DNA from: an uncultured Rivularia sp.
GTDB taxonomy: Bacteria; Cyanobacteriota; Cyanobacteriia; Cyanobacteriales; Nostocaceae
Reading direction: 5' to 3'
NCBI GenBank assembly: GCA_963665115.1
Contig: OY762007.1
Coordinates: forward strand, 2,944,001 to 3,008,000
Length of the DNA: 64,000 nucleotides
The position numbers and the translations under genes were made by a program. The number at the start of each line of letters is the position of its first letter. Within the stretch, counting starts at the first letter, position 1. Below, in pieces: positions 21,169-31,947 of this stretch. Below the pieces are notes generated by a model, which ran no database searches, was not told the origin of the DNA, and was given only the letters and a program-made list of their open reading frames with translations.

Positions 21169-21284
21169 ATCACATCAATAATTTATGTATTGAACTTCAC
21201 TGAACCAAAAGCTTCTTGTAGTAACAGACGCTTTTGTAAAATACAGAATTCAAAAACTTTGTCACACGAATATTGTTATACTGC

Positions 21285-22421
21285 TCATCTTGCAATAGCC
21301 TCTTTGAGTAGAGACATTTCAAGATTTACGATTTGGTCTATGGCATAATGTTTAAGTACATACTGACGGGCATGGTGTCCTAACTGAGTTAGAAGTTCTG
21401 GGTGAGCCAATAGTTTCTCTATGGCAATGCGGATGTTATCAGCATCTGTATTACATAGCCAACCATTCTCTCCATCAGAAATTATTTCTTTAATTCCTGG
21501 GGAGTTGGCACCAATAACAGGTAGACCGCAGGACATCGCTTCAATTAGTGCTTTGGGATGACCTTCGTAGTGAGAAGGTAAAATAAACAAACGCGCCCGA
21601 TTCAGATATGTGGGTAGGTCGGCATTAGGTACGTTACCTTGCCATTGAACGCGATCGCCTAGATGAGAAAACTGTTTTTGCAGGGACTCCCCTAATTCTC
21701 CGTTGCCAATTAAAAGTAAGCGAGCATTCAAAGGTACAATTGCCTCTAGCAACGCTGCAACATTTTTTTGTGGTACTAAGCGTCCGACAAAAACAAGATC
21801 AAAATCCGGTTCGGTATTTGAGGGACGAAAGCGTTCTGTTTCTACATAGTTGGGAATTATAACTGTACGAGCAGCTGCGTCTGGAAGGCGTTGACCAATA
21901 GCTGCTGCCATCATCGGCGTAGTAACAACTACCCTTTGGGCAGCGTTGAACACTTCTGACTCTAAGATTTGAGCTTGATCGTGAGCAGGAGATTCTGTGC
22001 CATGCTTTTTAGCAACAAACTCTGACCACATATACCCACAGCGAGCAACTAAAGGTTTATGCCAAAATTTTGCCGAACGAAGGGCAATATCAGCACCGAG
22101 AGTTTGATTAGTTTTGAAGACATCACTGCCCCACAGCCAAGGGGCATGGAGCAAGTGCAACCAACGCTCGTAGCGACCGGGAGAGATATTCCAGTGGTTG
22201 CAGAGAATTTTGATCCCTGCAATGCGGGAAGCATAATGGTAATCGTTGCGATTGCCGTAGGTGACAAAACCTACTTGGACACCCTGTTGTTGCAGACGCT
22301 GATAAATAGCAACTTCTCGATCAAACATTCCTTGTTCGACCCAACTTTGTAAGGAAACTCCACGAGTGAAGAAAAGAGTAAGACGCATGGTTTTTCTATC
22401 GTTATGTTTTCTACTAATCAA
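21285..22421 (-). CDS. Glycosyltransferase family 4
   Basis: GRLVPQKN and EGHPKALIEAMSCG. Start may be the ATG at 22388. Confidence 0.88.
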   Translation of the reverse strand: MISRKHNDRKTMRLTLFFTRGVSLQSWVEQGMFDREVAIYQRLQQQGVQVGFVTYGNRNDYHYASRIAGIKILCNHWNISPGRYERWLHLLHAPWLWGSDVFKTNQTLGADIALRSAKFWHKPLVARCGYMWSEFVAKKHGTESPAHDQAQILESEVFNAAQRVVVTTPMMAAAIGQRLPDAAARTVIIPNYVETERFRPSNTEPDFDLVFVGRLVPQKNVAALLEAIVPLNARLLLIGNGELGESLQKQFSHLGDRVQWQGNVPNADLPTYLNRARLFILPSHYEGHPKALIEAMSCGLPVIGANSPGIKEIISDGENGWLCNTDADNIRIAIEKLLAHPELLTQLGHHARQYVLKHYAIDQIVNLEMSLLKEAIAR

Positions 22422-22459
22422 TTTTGCCTTGAAGAGTTTTGTCTAATCTTAAAAACTTC

Positions 22460-23626
22460 TTATTTTGCTTTGCAAAGTCTATCCGTGGCAAACTTAAGAA
22501 TACGTTCAGATCGACGCTCCCAAGTATGGTGTTGCACATCTTGGAATGCTTGATTAGCAAGTGCTTGATTAAGCTGAAAATCGTCAAGCAATCTTTTTAT
22601 TGCCTCCTCAAATGATGTAGCATTATCTGGTTCAGCTAAAAGTGCATTACTTCTATCTTGTAAAACCGCACTTATATTTGACAATGCCGAAGCTACAATA
22701 GGTCTGCGTGCAGCCATATACTCAAACAGCTTTAGAGGAGAAGTTGTCTCTGAATTATGGTGTTTTCTGCTATTTGGAAGCACCACAATATCACTTGCAT
22801 AAAGGTATGTAGGAACTTCAGACTGAGGTAAGTGCCCAATGACTTGCACGTTTGAAAGACCATTACTCTTACAGAATCGTCGCGCTTGTTCAACGTCACG
22901 CTCCCAACCTCCTACTAATATGAATTGGCAGTGAGGCATCATCTGAGCAACTTTGTAAAGAGTCGGTATACCTTTATAGTCGTATAAATGCCCAGTGTAT
23001 ACAATTATAGGACTATCTATAGGCAGTACTAATTTACGACGAGCTTCTTCCTTTGATTGATATGGAAGGAAACGTTGTAAATCAACACCATCTTGTTCAA
23101 CCATAACTTTTTCTGCTGATAAGCCACCTTCTATATATTCTTTAGCTAATTGCTGGGAGATAGTTACAATGCCTAAAAATTGATTGCTGCTATAAGCGGA
23201 TTGAGAAAAAAAACCTTTATTAACAGGTTCATGATATTCCCATAGAACTTTTAAGCCTAACTTTAATGCTATTTTTACTACTTTATCTGAGCGTGTATAA
23301 ACTATATCAGGGAACTTAAGTGCAGAATAGAAAGTAGCCCAGCGAGCAAACCGCTGATTGCGATAGTTTTGTGGAAAAGGATATACCGATTTTAAAAGTA
23401 AGGGCAATCGGGTAATTTTAAATTTATGATTTAGTCCATACCATTGCTGCAAATCAAAATTATTACCTCTTACAAAAGACCATAAATCACTAAGAGTAAC
23501 TAGTTCAAACTCATCAATCTTTTGAGCAAAAGCCTGGGACATCTTAGCAACTTGTATAGAGTTTGCTGCTTTAGAAGGTAAGTTACCTTCAGAAATGTAG
23601 ACTATTTTCAATGCCTCCTCCCTCAT
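22460..23626 (-). CDS. Glycosyltransferase family 4
   Basis: ANSIQV, YTGHLYDYKG and SPLKLFEYMA. Confidence 0.9.
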   Translation of the reverse strand: MREEALKIVYISEGNLPSKAANSIQVAKMSQAFAQKIDEFELVTLSDLWSFVRGNNFDLQQWYGLNHKFKITRLPLLLKSVYPFPQNYRNQRFARWATFYSALKFPDIVYTRSDKVVKIALKLGLKVLWEYHEPVNKGFFSQSAYSSNQFLGIVTISQQLAKEYIEGGLSAEKVMVEQDGVDLQRFLPYQSKEEARRKLVLPIDSPIIVYTGHLYDYKGIPTLYKVAQMMPHCQFILVGGWERDVEQARRFCKSNGLSNVQVIGHLPQSEVPTYLYASDIVVLPNSRKHHNSETTSPLKLFEYMAARRPIVASALSNISAVLQDRSNALLAEPDNATSFEEAIKRLLDDFQLNQALANQAFQDVQHHTWERRSERILKFATDRLCKAK

Positions 23627-23658
23627 AAATATTTCAAATCATTTGTTAATTGGAAAAA

Positions 23659-24321
23659 TTAAAATTTCCAGCGACTCCATATTTTTTTACTATTATGTTG
23701 TTGTAATGGTGAGCCAATCCATTTGCCAGCAACCTTTATAGGTTCGTATGACGGCATTTTGTTTTGCCATTTTACAGAGTCGCGTGCTGCAACAAAGAAT
23801 AAATAAACTGCTGCGTTGAAATCTTGGTTTGCTGCTTCATAAACTACTTCAAAACCTTGTTCTTGAAAAAGGTAACGAATACAAGTTGGTGTGAATCGCC
23901 AAAAATCTTCATAACCTTCGTTTTCGTGCTGAATTTGGCAAAAGGGTACTACAATAGTGACAATATCTTTAGATAATATACATAGATTTGCAAATGCAGT
24001 CTTAACATTATAAATATGTTCTAAAGTCGTATGATTAAATACGACATCAAATTTTTGCTGTAATTCTTGTGGAACTTCTCCTGTTAAGTCAATAAGATAT
24101 TCGTTTGGTCTACCTTGATAACCCCGAAAACTGCCTGGAGAGTAATTAGTCAAATAATAATTTGTTTTGTTTATAAAGTAAGACTCATAACAATTACCTT
24201 CTTTATCAACATCTTCTCCTGCTGAAACATTCACTATTTCTCCGCTAAGCAACGGTGCTATTTTGCGTAATTCTTTGTTCGACCACAAGCGTGCCAAACG
24301 AAATTTCCGGTCTAATTCCAT
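23659..24321 (-). CDS. Class I SAM-methyltransferase-like protein
   Basis: FDVVFNHTTLEH, VPF..H and DFWRFT. Motif I is degenerate (NVSAG). Confidence 0.55.
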   Translation of the reverse strand: MELDRKFRLARLWSNKELRKIAPLLSGEIVNVSAGEDVDKEGNCYESYFINKTNYYLTNYSPGSFRGYQGRPNEYLIDLTGEVPQELQQKFDVVFNHTTLEHIYNVKTAFANLCILSKDIVTIVVPFCQIQHENEGYEDFWRFTPTCIRYLFQEQGFEVVYEAANQDFNAAVYLFFVAARDSVKWQNKMPSYEPIKVAGKWIGSPLQQHNSKKIWSRWKF

Positions 24322-24350
24322 TTTTACTACCTATATTTTTTAATAGAAAA

Positions 24351-25680
24351 CTATTTACAGCGTTGCTCATGAGTTTGAATTAAATTCTCTTCGCTAATAA
24401 GCTGCCATACTCTTTGTTGATAAAATTTACATTCACTCATCTTGCTATCTGCATTCACTGTAAATCTAAATGATTCAAGAAAATCCAGAGTGCGTATAGC
24501 TCCTTCTTTTAATTTAATGTTCATTGTATATGAACCCGGTGCCAATCCAAGGAAAGGCATTTTAAGTCTTATTTCATGTTTACCTGGAGGCATTTCAAAT
24601 AGCTGGTTATCATTCGTACTACTCAAGAATAAAGTTGTGCCACCTTCACCCGTAGACTCTGTAATTTTTAGATGGATACAGATTTGATTGAATTTTTTGT
24701 GAGCTTTACAAGCTAAACATAAGTATACATTTTCTCCACTAATTAGAGATTTAAGGATTTTATTATTAAAATCTCGAAACGAAACTGAAGCTATATCCAC
24801 TCCTTCACTTTCGTTTATTTTTTTTTCAGGTAAATCAATTGACAGTAATGTAAAGTTATTATTTGCTTTTATTTCAAATAATTCTTGTTCATATAATGTC
24901 ATGACCTTGGTAGTTTCACCAGAGATTATTAATTTTCCTTTTGATAGATAAACTGAACTCTCACACATTTGTATTATTGATTGTGTGTTATGAGAAACTA
25001 GTATAAACGATACTCCTTTTTCTCTAAGTTCAGCTAATTTCCGATAACACCTAGCTCGAAACTTTATATCCCCTACCGCCAGCACTTCATCAATCAAAAG
25101 AATATCTGGCTCGGTATGAATCGCACTGGCAAATCCTAACCTTGCAGCCATCCCAGAACTATAACTTTGCACCGGCGAATCAATCGCATCGCCAATTTCT
25201 GCAAATTCTACAACTTCATCAAATCGTTCATCAATTTCCTTCTTTGATAAACCCAAAATTGACATATTTGCATAAATATTTTCCCGTCCTGTCAAAATTG
25301 GATTAAATCCTGCTCCTAATGCAATTAACGGAGCTACTCTACCGTTAACTTCGACAAAGCCAGTATCCGGTTTAATCAATCCAGCAATAACTCGTAGCAG
25401 AGTTGACTTCCCACTACCATTTTTACCAACTAACCCCAACGCTTCCCCTCGACGCAATTCAAAGCTGACATTATCTAACGCCCAAAATTCCTTGGGGTCG
25501 TAATTTATCACCTTTTTCCCGCAATCCTAACACTTCAGCGGCAATATCTTGAACGCCGTAAAATAAAGACTTCTTTAAATCCCGACAAAATCTTTTAGAA
25601 ACCCCATTTACTGAGAGAACAACTTCACTATCGTTATTCTGTGGCTGTTGTGAAATTTCTTCTTTATTGATGCTCACCAT
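24351..25680 (-). CDS. wzt: Polysaccharide ABC transporter ATPase with C-terminal carbohydrate-binding domain; +1 frameshift at ~25494-25497
   Basis: GKNGSGKST, YSSGM, IDEVLAVGD and a long C-terminal extension. Removing one base gives LRPKEFWAL, joining the two ORFs. Confidence 0.88.
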
Positions 25681-25682
25681 AA

Positions 25683-26573
25683 TTATGAACTAATCCTCTC
25701 AACTACATAGGGCATTGACAAACGGTAGACAACCCAAGCTATTAATAATCCTGCAATTGCAATTAAACTTGCAATCCAAAATCCTTGAGGTTCAGAGATG
25801 ACACCAGTGGTTGCTAATTCCCGCGTTGTTACTAGTAAAGGTGTTACGGGATTAAGCTTAACTATGCTGCCAAATACTCCATCAGTTGGAACTGGGTAAA
25901 CAACTGGTGTGAGAAACAGCCAGAAGCTAGTTGCTAAGGTAATTCCTTTAGAAAAATCTTGATAAAGTCCGCTCATTGGAGCTAAAAACACTCCAATAGA
26001 AGTTCCTAGTATTATCAAGTGAATTAAAGCGACAGGGGCTAAAAACACGCTCCAAGTTACTGGTATTTGAAACCAGATAAACAAGGCGATAATCAAAACC
26101 AGCTTGATACTAAAGTTAAAAAAGACTTCTCCTAATTTGGCAAGAATCAAGGCTTCACGAGGAAAGCTAATCTTTGCTACCATTGCTTTGGCTGCTGCTA
26201 CCGCTTGAATCGGACCTTGGAGTGATTCAACAAAGGTTTGCCATAATGTCATGCTGAACATAACGTAGGCAGGATAAGGAATATCAGTATCACCGATATT
26301 TACAACACCACCGTTTTTAGCAAAAGTAAAGGTGGCTGCCAGAACTACCGCAGGGATAACTGCCCAGAAAAAGCCTAAAAATGACTGACGGTATTGAGCG
26401 CTAATATCTCTCACCATTAACCGCCAAGCGAGTTCTCTTGATGCCAGTAAGTCCCGCCACATATCTTTGACTAATTGTAGCGGTTTTCGCATTCGACTTT
26501 CAGGTCGATGCACTACCCTGGGAAAGGAACGCGCTATTTTATTTTGTTTAGAATTAGACGAGCGTTTATACAT
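25683..26573 (-). CDS. wzm: Polysaccharide ABC transporter permease
   Basis: RDISAQYRQSFLG, TPVVYP, LNP and about six TM segments. Adjacent to wzt. Confidence 0.9.
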   Translation of the reverse strand: MYKRSSNSKQNKIARSFPRVVHRPESRMRKPLQLVKDMWRDLLASRELAWRLMVRDISAQYRQSFLGFFWAVIPAVVLAATFTFAKNGGVVNIGDTDIPYPAYVMFSMTLWQTFVESLQGPIQAVAAAKAMVAKISFPREALILAKLGEVFFNFSIKLVLIIALFIWFQIPVTWSVFLAPVALIHLIILGTSIGVFLAPMSGLYQDFSKGITLATSFWLFLTPVVYPVPTDGVFGSIVKLNPVTPLLVTTRELATTGVISEPQGFWIASLIAIAGLLIAWVVYRLSMPYVVERISS

Positions 26574-26968
26574 AAAAATAGAATTAATTACCTGATGTAT
26601 TTTCTCAACAAAATAAGCGGTTTAAATCGATCTATTCAACAAAATATATTAATTGTTATCTCCAGGTCAAATAGAATAAAAATCCATTAATGTATTGATA
26701 TGATTGATTTAACAATTAACAAATGGAATTACTTTACATTAATTTCCAATCAAATATTAGCTATCCGGATATTTACTTACATTTTGTGATTAACAAACAA
26801 CTAATTAAAATATGTAGATATTTACTAGAAGGATTAAATCTATCATTAGGAAATCAATAAAAATTCAATAAACTAGAAATAACTCATTAATTAAATTGCC
26901 AAGGTTCATTGCTATTCAACTCAATTAAGTTTAAACAAACAAGTACTTGGCAATACAAATAAAATACT

Positions 26969-27763
26969 TTATTCCAAATTACTCACAGAATTAGACACCG
27001 AATAATTAGTACTAATCAACTGCTTCATCGCCAACCACATAAATGGTGGAATAGTCTTTGTATATCTACCCCAAAGACGACGAGGTTCTTGCAACCATCG
27101 ATATAGCCATTCAAATCCAGACTCTCTGACTATGCGAGGTGCCCTTTTCTGAAGTCCTGCATAAACAGGGAAAGCCCCACCCAAGCCAATCATTACGGCA
27201 TGAATTTTATCTTTATGTTCGGACATCCACTTTTCTTGTTTTGGACAACCTAAAGACACAAACACTATACCTGCACCACTTTCATTAATTTTTTTAATCA
27301 ATGCTTCGTCTTCACTCTCAGTAAGCGGACGAAATGGGAGCGGTTCCATCGCTGCAATATTCAATTCAGGATATTCTTCCTTTAATTTGCTTCTCATTCC
27401 GGAAAGAATTTGTTTCTGAGAACCTAGAAAAAAGAGACTAACATTCTGCTTTGGCGCAGATTCACATACAGAAGCTAAAATATCCAGCCCTGCTACTCTA
27501 TCTTGAGAAGTAGCTCCTAACTTTTTCATCATCCAAACTAAGGGCATACCGTCTGGAGTCACAATATCGGCATCTTTTAATACAGCGGCAAACTCAGGGT
27601 TCCAGTGAGCTTCCATCAACATATGTACATTTGCTACACATACTGTCTTACTTTTACCTTCACTTGCCCACTGAAGAATAGTTTGTATTTGCTCGTTTAA
27701 ACGCAAAGCAGTAATCGGAAAATCTAGCACTTTCCGAGTCGGCATAGCAACTGCCTTCACCAT
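26969..27763 (-). CDS. WecB/TagA/CpsF family glycosyltransferase
   Basis: PDGMP, RVAG.D, LGCPKQE and EWLYRWLQEPRRLWGRY. Confidence 0.93.
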   Translation of the reverse strand: MVKAVAMPTRKVLDFPITALRLNEQIQTILQWASEGKSKTVCVANVHMLMEAHWNPEFAAVLKDADIVTPDGMPLVWMMKKLGATSQDRVAGLDILASVCESAPKQNVSLFFLGSQKQILSGMRSKLKEEYPELNIAAMEPLPFRPLTESEDEALIKKINESGAGIVFVSLGCPKQEKWMSEHKDKIHAVMIGLGGAFPVYAGLQKRAPRIVRESGFEWLYRWLQEPRRLWGRYTKTIPPFMWLAMKQLISTNYSVSNSVSNLE

Positions 27764-28169
27764 AGGGTCACTCCTTGTGTAACAACTAAAATAGCTAAGA
27801 ATATTCGACCAAACTAATATAGAAAAAGTGATGTTTTAACCCAGTCTTACTTGCTTAAAACTTAGTGAATGGTCGGCACTTGACACAGGTGGATGCAGTG
27901 GCTCTTAGTGTTAACTTTAGCTTCCCTGGTAATCATTGAATCATTTAACCTTACAGTATATTAATTTACTCGTAAAAAACAGCACTTTCAGTTATTTTGA
28001 GTAAACTTTATGTTAACTTTACAAACCTGATAAGTTAGATTCATAGAAGCATTATAATTGCAACAAATTATACTTATAAATACTAGTCAAAAATTTCACA
28101 AAAAGCACTAAGGATCTGAAAAACTAGATTAGATAATCGTATTATTGCTTGTTAGAGTTAATATTTTTT

Positions 28170-28481
28170 TTAAACATTAAAAGCAACTAATCTAATTATG
28201 CACGTGTATTGATTAACTACGTAAAATACTGAGCTTTTAAATAGCTGTATTAAATATACTTTATTTCTCATGAGATAAAAATTTGCAAAAAAAATGGGGA
28301 GAAGATTGATTGTTCTTCCCCCCTGTCTATTATTGTTACCGTTGTCTTGTTTATTGTCTCCTTTCAACCTTTTTCGTAACATTTGCTGCTGTTTCTTGAG
28401 TTGTCGTTTTCTCGCAGCACCGCCTTTACCTTTATCGTTTCTCCCTTGTCGGCGTGGAGACTCCCATCTTTTAAGTCGCAT
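28170..28481 (-). CDS. Small basic protein with KGKGG motif; candidate ArfA/BrfA-like ribosome rescue factor
   Basis: Arg/Lys-rich first ~40 aa and a hydrophobic tail. AAGGGA lies upstream of the ATG, TATAAT is at 28533-28528, and a terminator sits inside the ORF. The function is inferred. Confidence 0.55.
   Translation of the reverse strand: MRLKRWESPRRQGRNDKGKGGAARKRQLKKQQQMLRKRLKGDNKQDNGNNNRQGGRTINLLPIFFANFYLMRNKVYLIQLFKSSVFYVVNQYTCIIRLVAFNV
28287..28323 (-). terminator. Intrinsic terminator inside the small basic ORF
   Basis: GGGGGGAAGA-acaatcaa-TCTTCTCCCC-A-T8: a 10 bp stem with one G-U pair. Confidence 0.8.
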
Positions 28482-29017
28482 GATTTAATTGTCCCTTGTA
28501 TTTGATTGATAGTATGTTTGCATCTTTATTATACAAAGTATAGCATAACAGAAAAATTCAGGTTAGAACTGATTCTTTAGTTAGATTGTTTTATAATTCT
28601 ATACAAGTTACAGCCTTCCTTATTGATAAGTAAAAATAATCTATACTAGCTATACTTAGTCATCAAGATTGCTAATTTTTAAGTTACCTTTTTACCTGAT
28701 ATCAATTAATTTTGATTATAATATCGATCGCTTCAGCCGCAAACGGATCGGATAGTAGTAGAACATCATAGTTGGGCTGAATAGCTTTAATCGGGCAATT
28801 GATATTTATTATAAGATGCCAATATCTACATGATTTTAGGAATGATTATAATAAATATCAAAAAGTGCAGTTACTTCATTCTGAGTTATCAAGAATAAAG
28901 TTAGTACAAGTATAGATACATTATTCTTTTCCAGTTTTCCGGAAATAAATGTATAACTTTTCAAGCAATATTATAAATTTATCTAATTTTATACATAAGC
29001 AAACGCAAGGATAAGTA

Positions 29018-29133
29018 ATACCATTTCTTTATAAGGATGCGCTTAATTTAGCCCACGCAGGTGGGCTTTGTTCGAGTAGCCCTACTCTTCCAGAGTGAGG
29101 GCGATTTAGCGCAGCCTCATACAGAATTGGTAT
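29018..29133. mobile_element. MITE/REP-like element (~116 bp)
   Basis: ~25 bp imperfect terminal inverted repeats ataccatttctttataaggatgcgc / gcgcagcctcatacagaattggtat, with internal hairpins gcccac-gcag-gtgggc. Confidence 0.6.
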
Positions 29134-29321
29134 AAGGCATTCCAAGCAGCTACAATTTCTCCAAACTTATGCTGAACCTTGAACAAAAGCATGGTTCAGT
29201 CAGAAAGGAACATACATAGTGCGTGCGGTTTAGGTCTAAACTACGAGGAGATTACTGTAGGATTAATCGCAAATCCTCCTTATTTGTCGCAAATAATTTG
29301 TAGTAAACAAGATTAATCGGA

Positions 29322-29352
29322 AAAGCTTTCCTAAAAAAATCAGGAAAGCTTT
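29322..29352 (-). terminator. Terminator downstream of tRNA-Leu(CAA)
   Basis: aaagctttcct / aggaaagcttt inverted repeat. Confidence 0.6.
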
Positions 29353-29391
29353 GAGTCTAATATTCTATTTCCAATTATCCTATGTTTCAGA

Positions 29392-29473
29392 TGGGCCGGG
29401 AGAGACTCGAACTCTCACACCTTGCGGCGGCAGATTTTGAGTCTGCTGCGTCTACCAATTCCGCCACCGGCCC
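29392..29473 (-). tRNA. trnL: tRNA-Leu(CAA)
   Basis: GGGCCGG acceptor stem, TGGCGGAATTGGTAGACGC D-arm, GCAGA-CT-CAA-AA-TCTGC anticodon arm, long variable arm and GTTCGAG. Confidence 0.95.
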
Positions 29474-30343
29474 TTGGGGTCAACTTCACCATTATACTCT
29501 ATTTCTTGGTTTTGCAACAATTTTTCATAATCTCTGGTACTTGCCCAACGGTCAATTTCTCTGGCACGCAATACTGGTACGGGATGCGTTAATTGTGCGG
29601 TTCTTGCAGTTTTAACCATTTCTCCCAGCTCGTTTTTACTTATATCGTCGTAAGCGCGGGCTTGTTCGATAAAGGCATCAAGGTTAAGTTGTGGAGCAAT
29701 AGTAGGTGAACCACCCGCTAATTTCATCAACACTGACATGACTACTTTAGGATCTTGGGTTGCTAACAAGGCAGCGCGATCGCAAGTAAATTCCGCGCAA
29801 CGAACCCATTCTAAAAGCTGTGCTTGAATTGCTTGTGCCAAAACTGCGCCAACGTTAGGTAAGGCTGTGGCAGCTAATATCAATATATTTACTGGAGTTA
29901 AATAAACGCTATGGTCGCATTTGAGGTGTCCTAACTCATGAGCAATGACTGCTTGAGTTTCTTCGGGTGTGAGCATATCAATTAAGGAAGTATGCAGCAC
30001 CACGAAAGGTTGCTTACCTCGCATAGCAAAGGTGTAAGCATTAGGAGCCGGATGTTGTTTTATGTAGAGTTGCGGAGGCTCAATATCAAGTATTTTGCAA
30101 GCTTCTAGCAATAGTTCGTGTAGATTCGGTAGTTGTTTATCACTTACCAAAACGCTAGAAGCGATATTTTCTACATAAAAAACTTGTTCTGCCAAGGGAC
30201 CCTAACAGATTCCGTACCATCATATCTAAACCTGGAATCTGCTTAAGCGCGGTTGTTGCCTCTTTATCGAGGGGATGGCGGAAATTATCCGCTTTAAGAC
30301 CGATTAGTGGGGATTTTGCAATTAAAGACATGGGTTGTTGCAA
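29452..30343 (-). CDS. M48 family zinc metallopeptidase; +1 frameshift at ~30196-30202
   Basis: PNAY, HELGH, EFTCDR and THP. The N-terminal part (FRHPLD...) joins after removing one base. Confidence 0.88.
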
Positions 30344-30410
30344 GCTCTACAGAAAGGTAACTACGTTTCGGGGCTAATCAACAACCCCTCAAAAATAGTA
30401 TAACGACAAC

Positions 30411-30438
30411 AAAGGCAGACGAGCCGTCCCGTCTACCC
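30411..30438 (-). terminator. Probable murA terminator
   Basis: ggtagacg...cgtctgcc stem followed by ttt on the minus strand. Confidence 0.5.
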
Positions 30439-30446
30439 TACTTGTA

Positions 30447-30494
30447 GTTATGAGTTATGAGTTATGAGTTGTGAGTTGTGAGTTATGAGTTATA
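30447..30494. repeat. Heptamer tandem repeat (agttatg/agttgtg)n
   Basis: About 7 imperfect copies visible. Confidence 0.85.
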
Positions 30495-30543
30495 AATTCA
30501 AAGCTCTTAACCTCCGCGTCATTATCAACGCGAACTTAACTAA

Positions 30544-31947
30544 TTAACCAGAAACAGAAGCAGTACCGTTAGTAGTTTCAGTTTTTGGTTCGATTGCCGG
30601 TGCTTGTGCTTCAGTTCCTTCTATACGCTCGATTTTTGCTCCTAGTTTCTGCAATTTCAAATCGAGTCTATCGTAACCACGATCGAGGTAATTCAATCCC
30701 TTAATTGTGGTTTCACCGCTTGCTGCTAAAGCCGCTACCACCATAGCAGCAGCAGCTCGTAAGTCAGTACCTTCAACGGGTGCGCCAGATAGCGTCGATA
30801 CTCCTCGAACAAAAGCAGAGTTGCCTTTAACGCGAATATCTGCTCCCAAGCGATTCAACTCGGAAGCGTGACGCAGACGATTTTCAAATACGGTTTCATT
30901 GATGATGCTATCGCCTTCTGCTACTGCTAGCAAAGACATAAACGGCGCTTGCATATCGGTGGGAAAACCTGGATGAGGCAAAGTTTCAATGTCTGTTGCC
31001 TTTAAAATTTGCGCTGGTTTGATACGCAAAGAATTAGTAGTTTCTTCAATTACAGGAACTCCGATTTCCTTCAATTTGGCAATCACCGGCATTAAATGCT
31101 CTGGCATCACGGGTGATAATAGTAATTCCGAACGAGTGATGGCTCCAGCAAGTAAGAATGTACCAGCTTCGATGCGATCGGGAATTACGTTGTAATCGGT
31201 GGAATGTAATTGAGGAACGCCTTTAATCACAATTTTACTTGTTCCGGCTCCTTCAATTTTTGCACCCATCGAAATACAGAAGTTAGCCAAATCAACTACT
31301 TCTGGTTCTCGTGCGGCATTTTCAATAATTGTTTCGCCGTCTGCTAAAGTCGCAGCCATCATTAATGTTTCGGTAGCTCCGACACTAGGAAGATCCAAGT
31401 AAATTTTGGCACCTTTGAGTCGGCGACTGCCATCGGTAACGCGAGCGTTACAAATACCATGTTCTATTTGAACTTCGGCTCCCATTGCTTGCAAACCACG
31501 GACGTGAAGATCCACTGGTCTTGCTCCAATTGCACAACCGCCGGGTAAAGGCATTTGTGCTTCTCCTAATCTTGCTAGAAGGGGTCCAATAGCAAAGAAA
31601 CTTGCTCTCAACTGAGTAACTAGCTCGTAAGGAGCCTTAGAGGTAGTAATTTCAGTAGCGTTGATGTCTATAATGTTGCCATTACGTGACAAGCGCATAC
31701 CTAAAGCTGACAAAACTTCACCCATCCGCGATACGTCTGCCAATAAGGGAACGTTGCGGATGCGACAATCTCCCGAACATAACAAAGCTCCAGCCATTAA
31801 CACTAAAGCAGAATTTTTCGCTCCGCTGATAGTTACGTGGCCATCGATTGTGCGCCCACCCCAAACTTTTAAGACTGAGGAGTCTGCTATCTGAGATAAA
31901 TTCGTGTCTGGTGAACCGTTAGAAGTATTAATAATTCTATCCTCCAT
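30544..31947 (-). CDS. murA: UDP-N-acetylglucosamine 1-carboxyvinyltransferase
   Basis: [30 protein letters not shown] and DLRA. Confidence 0.97.
   Translation of the reverse strand: MEDRIINTSNGSPDTNLSQIADSSVLKVWGGRTIDGHVTISGAKNSALVLMAGALLCSGDCRIRNVPLLADVSRMGEVLSALGMRLSRNGNIIDINATEITTSKAPYELVTQLRASFFAIGPLLARLGEAQMPLPGGCAIGARPVDLHVRGLQAMGAEVQIEHGICNARVTDGSRRLKGAKIYLDLPSVGATETLMMAATLADGETIIENAAREPEVVDLANFCISMGAKIEGAGTSKIVIKGVPQLHSTDYNVIPDRIEAGTFLLAGAITRSELLLSPVMPEHLMPVIAKLKEIGVPVIEETTNSLRIKPAQILKATDIETLPHPGFPTDMQAPFMSLLAVAEGDSIINETVFENRLRHASELNRLGADIRVKGNSAFVRGVSTLSGAPVEGTDLRAAAAMVVAALAASGETTIKGLNYLDRGYDRLDLKLQKLGAKIERIEGTEAQAPAIEPKTETTNGTASVSG

Noticed and set aside
28294..28488. Cys/Leu-rich 64-aa ORF on the + strand
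   Set aside because: It is antisense to the basic protein, while the promoter, RBS and terminator polarity all favour the minus strand.
2185..29473. Glycan cluster as a tRNA-integrated genomic island
   Set aside because: There is no integrase and no visible duplicated tRNA 3' end, and HIP1 sites occur in many cluster genes.
29382..29615. 77-aa + strand ORF and other short antisense ORFs within large genes
   Set aside because: They overlap a tRNA or well-supported CDSs on the opposite strand and have no recognisable motifs.
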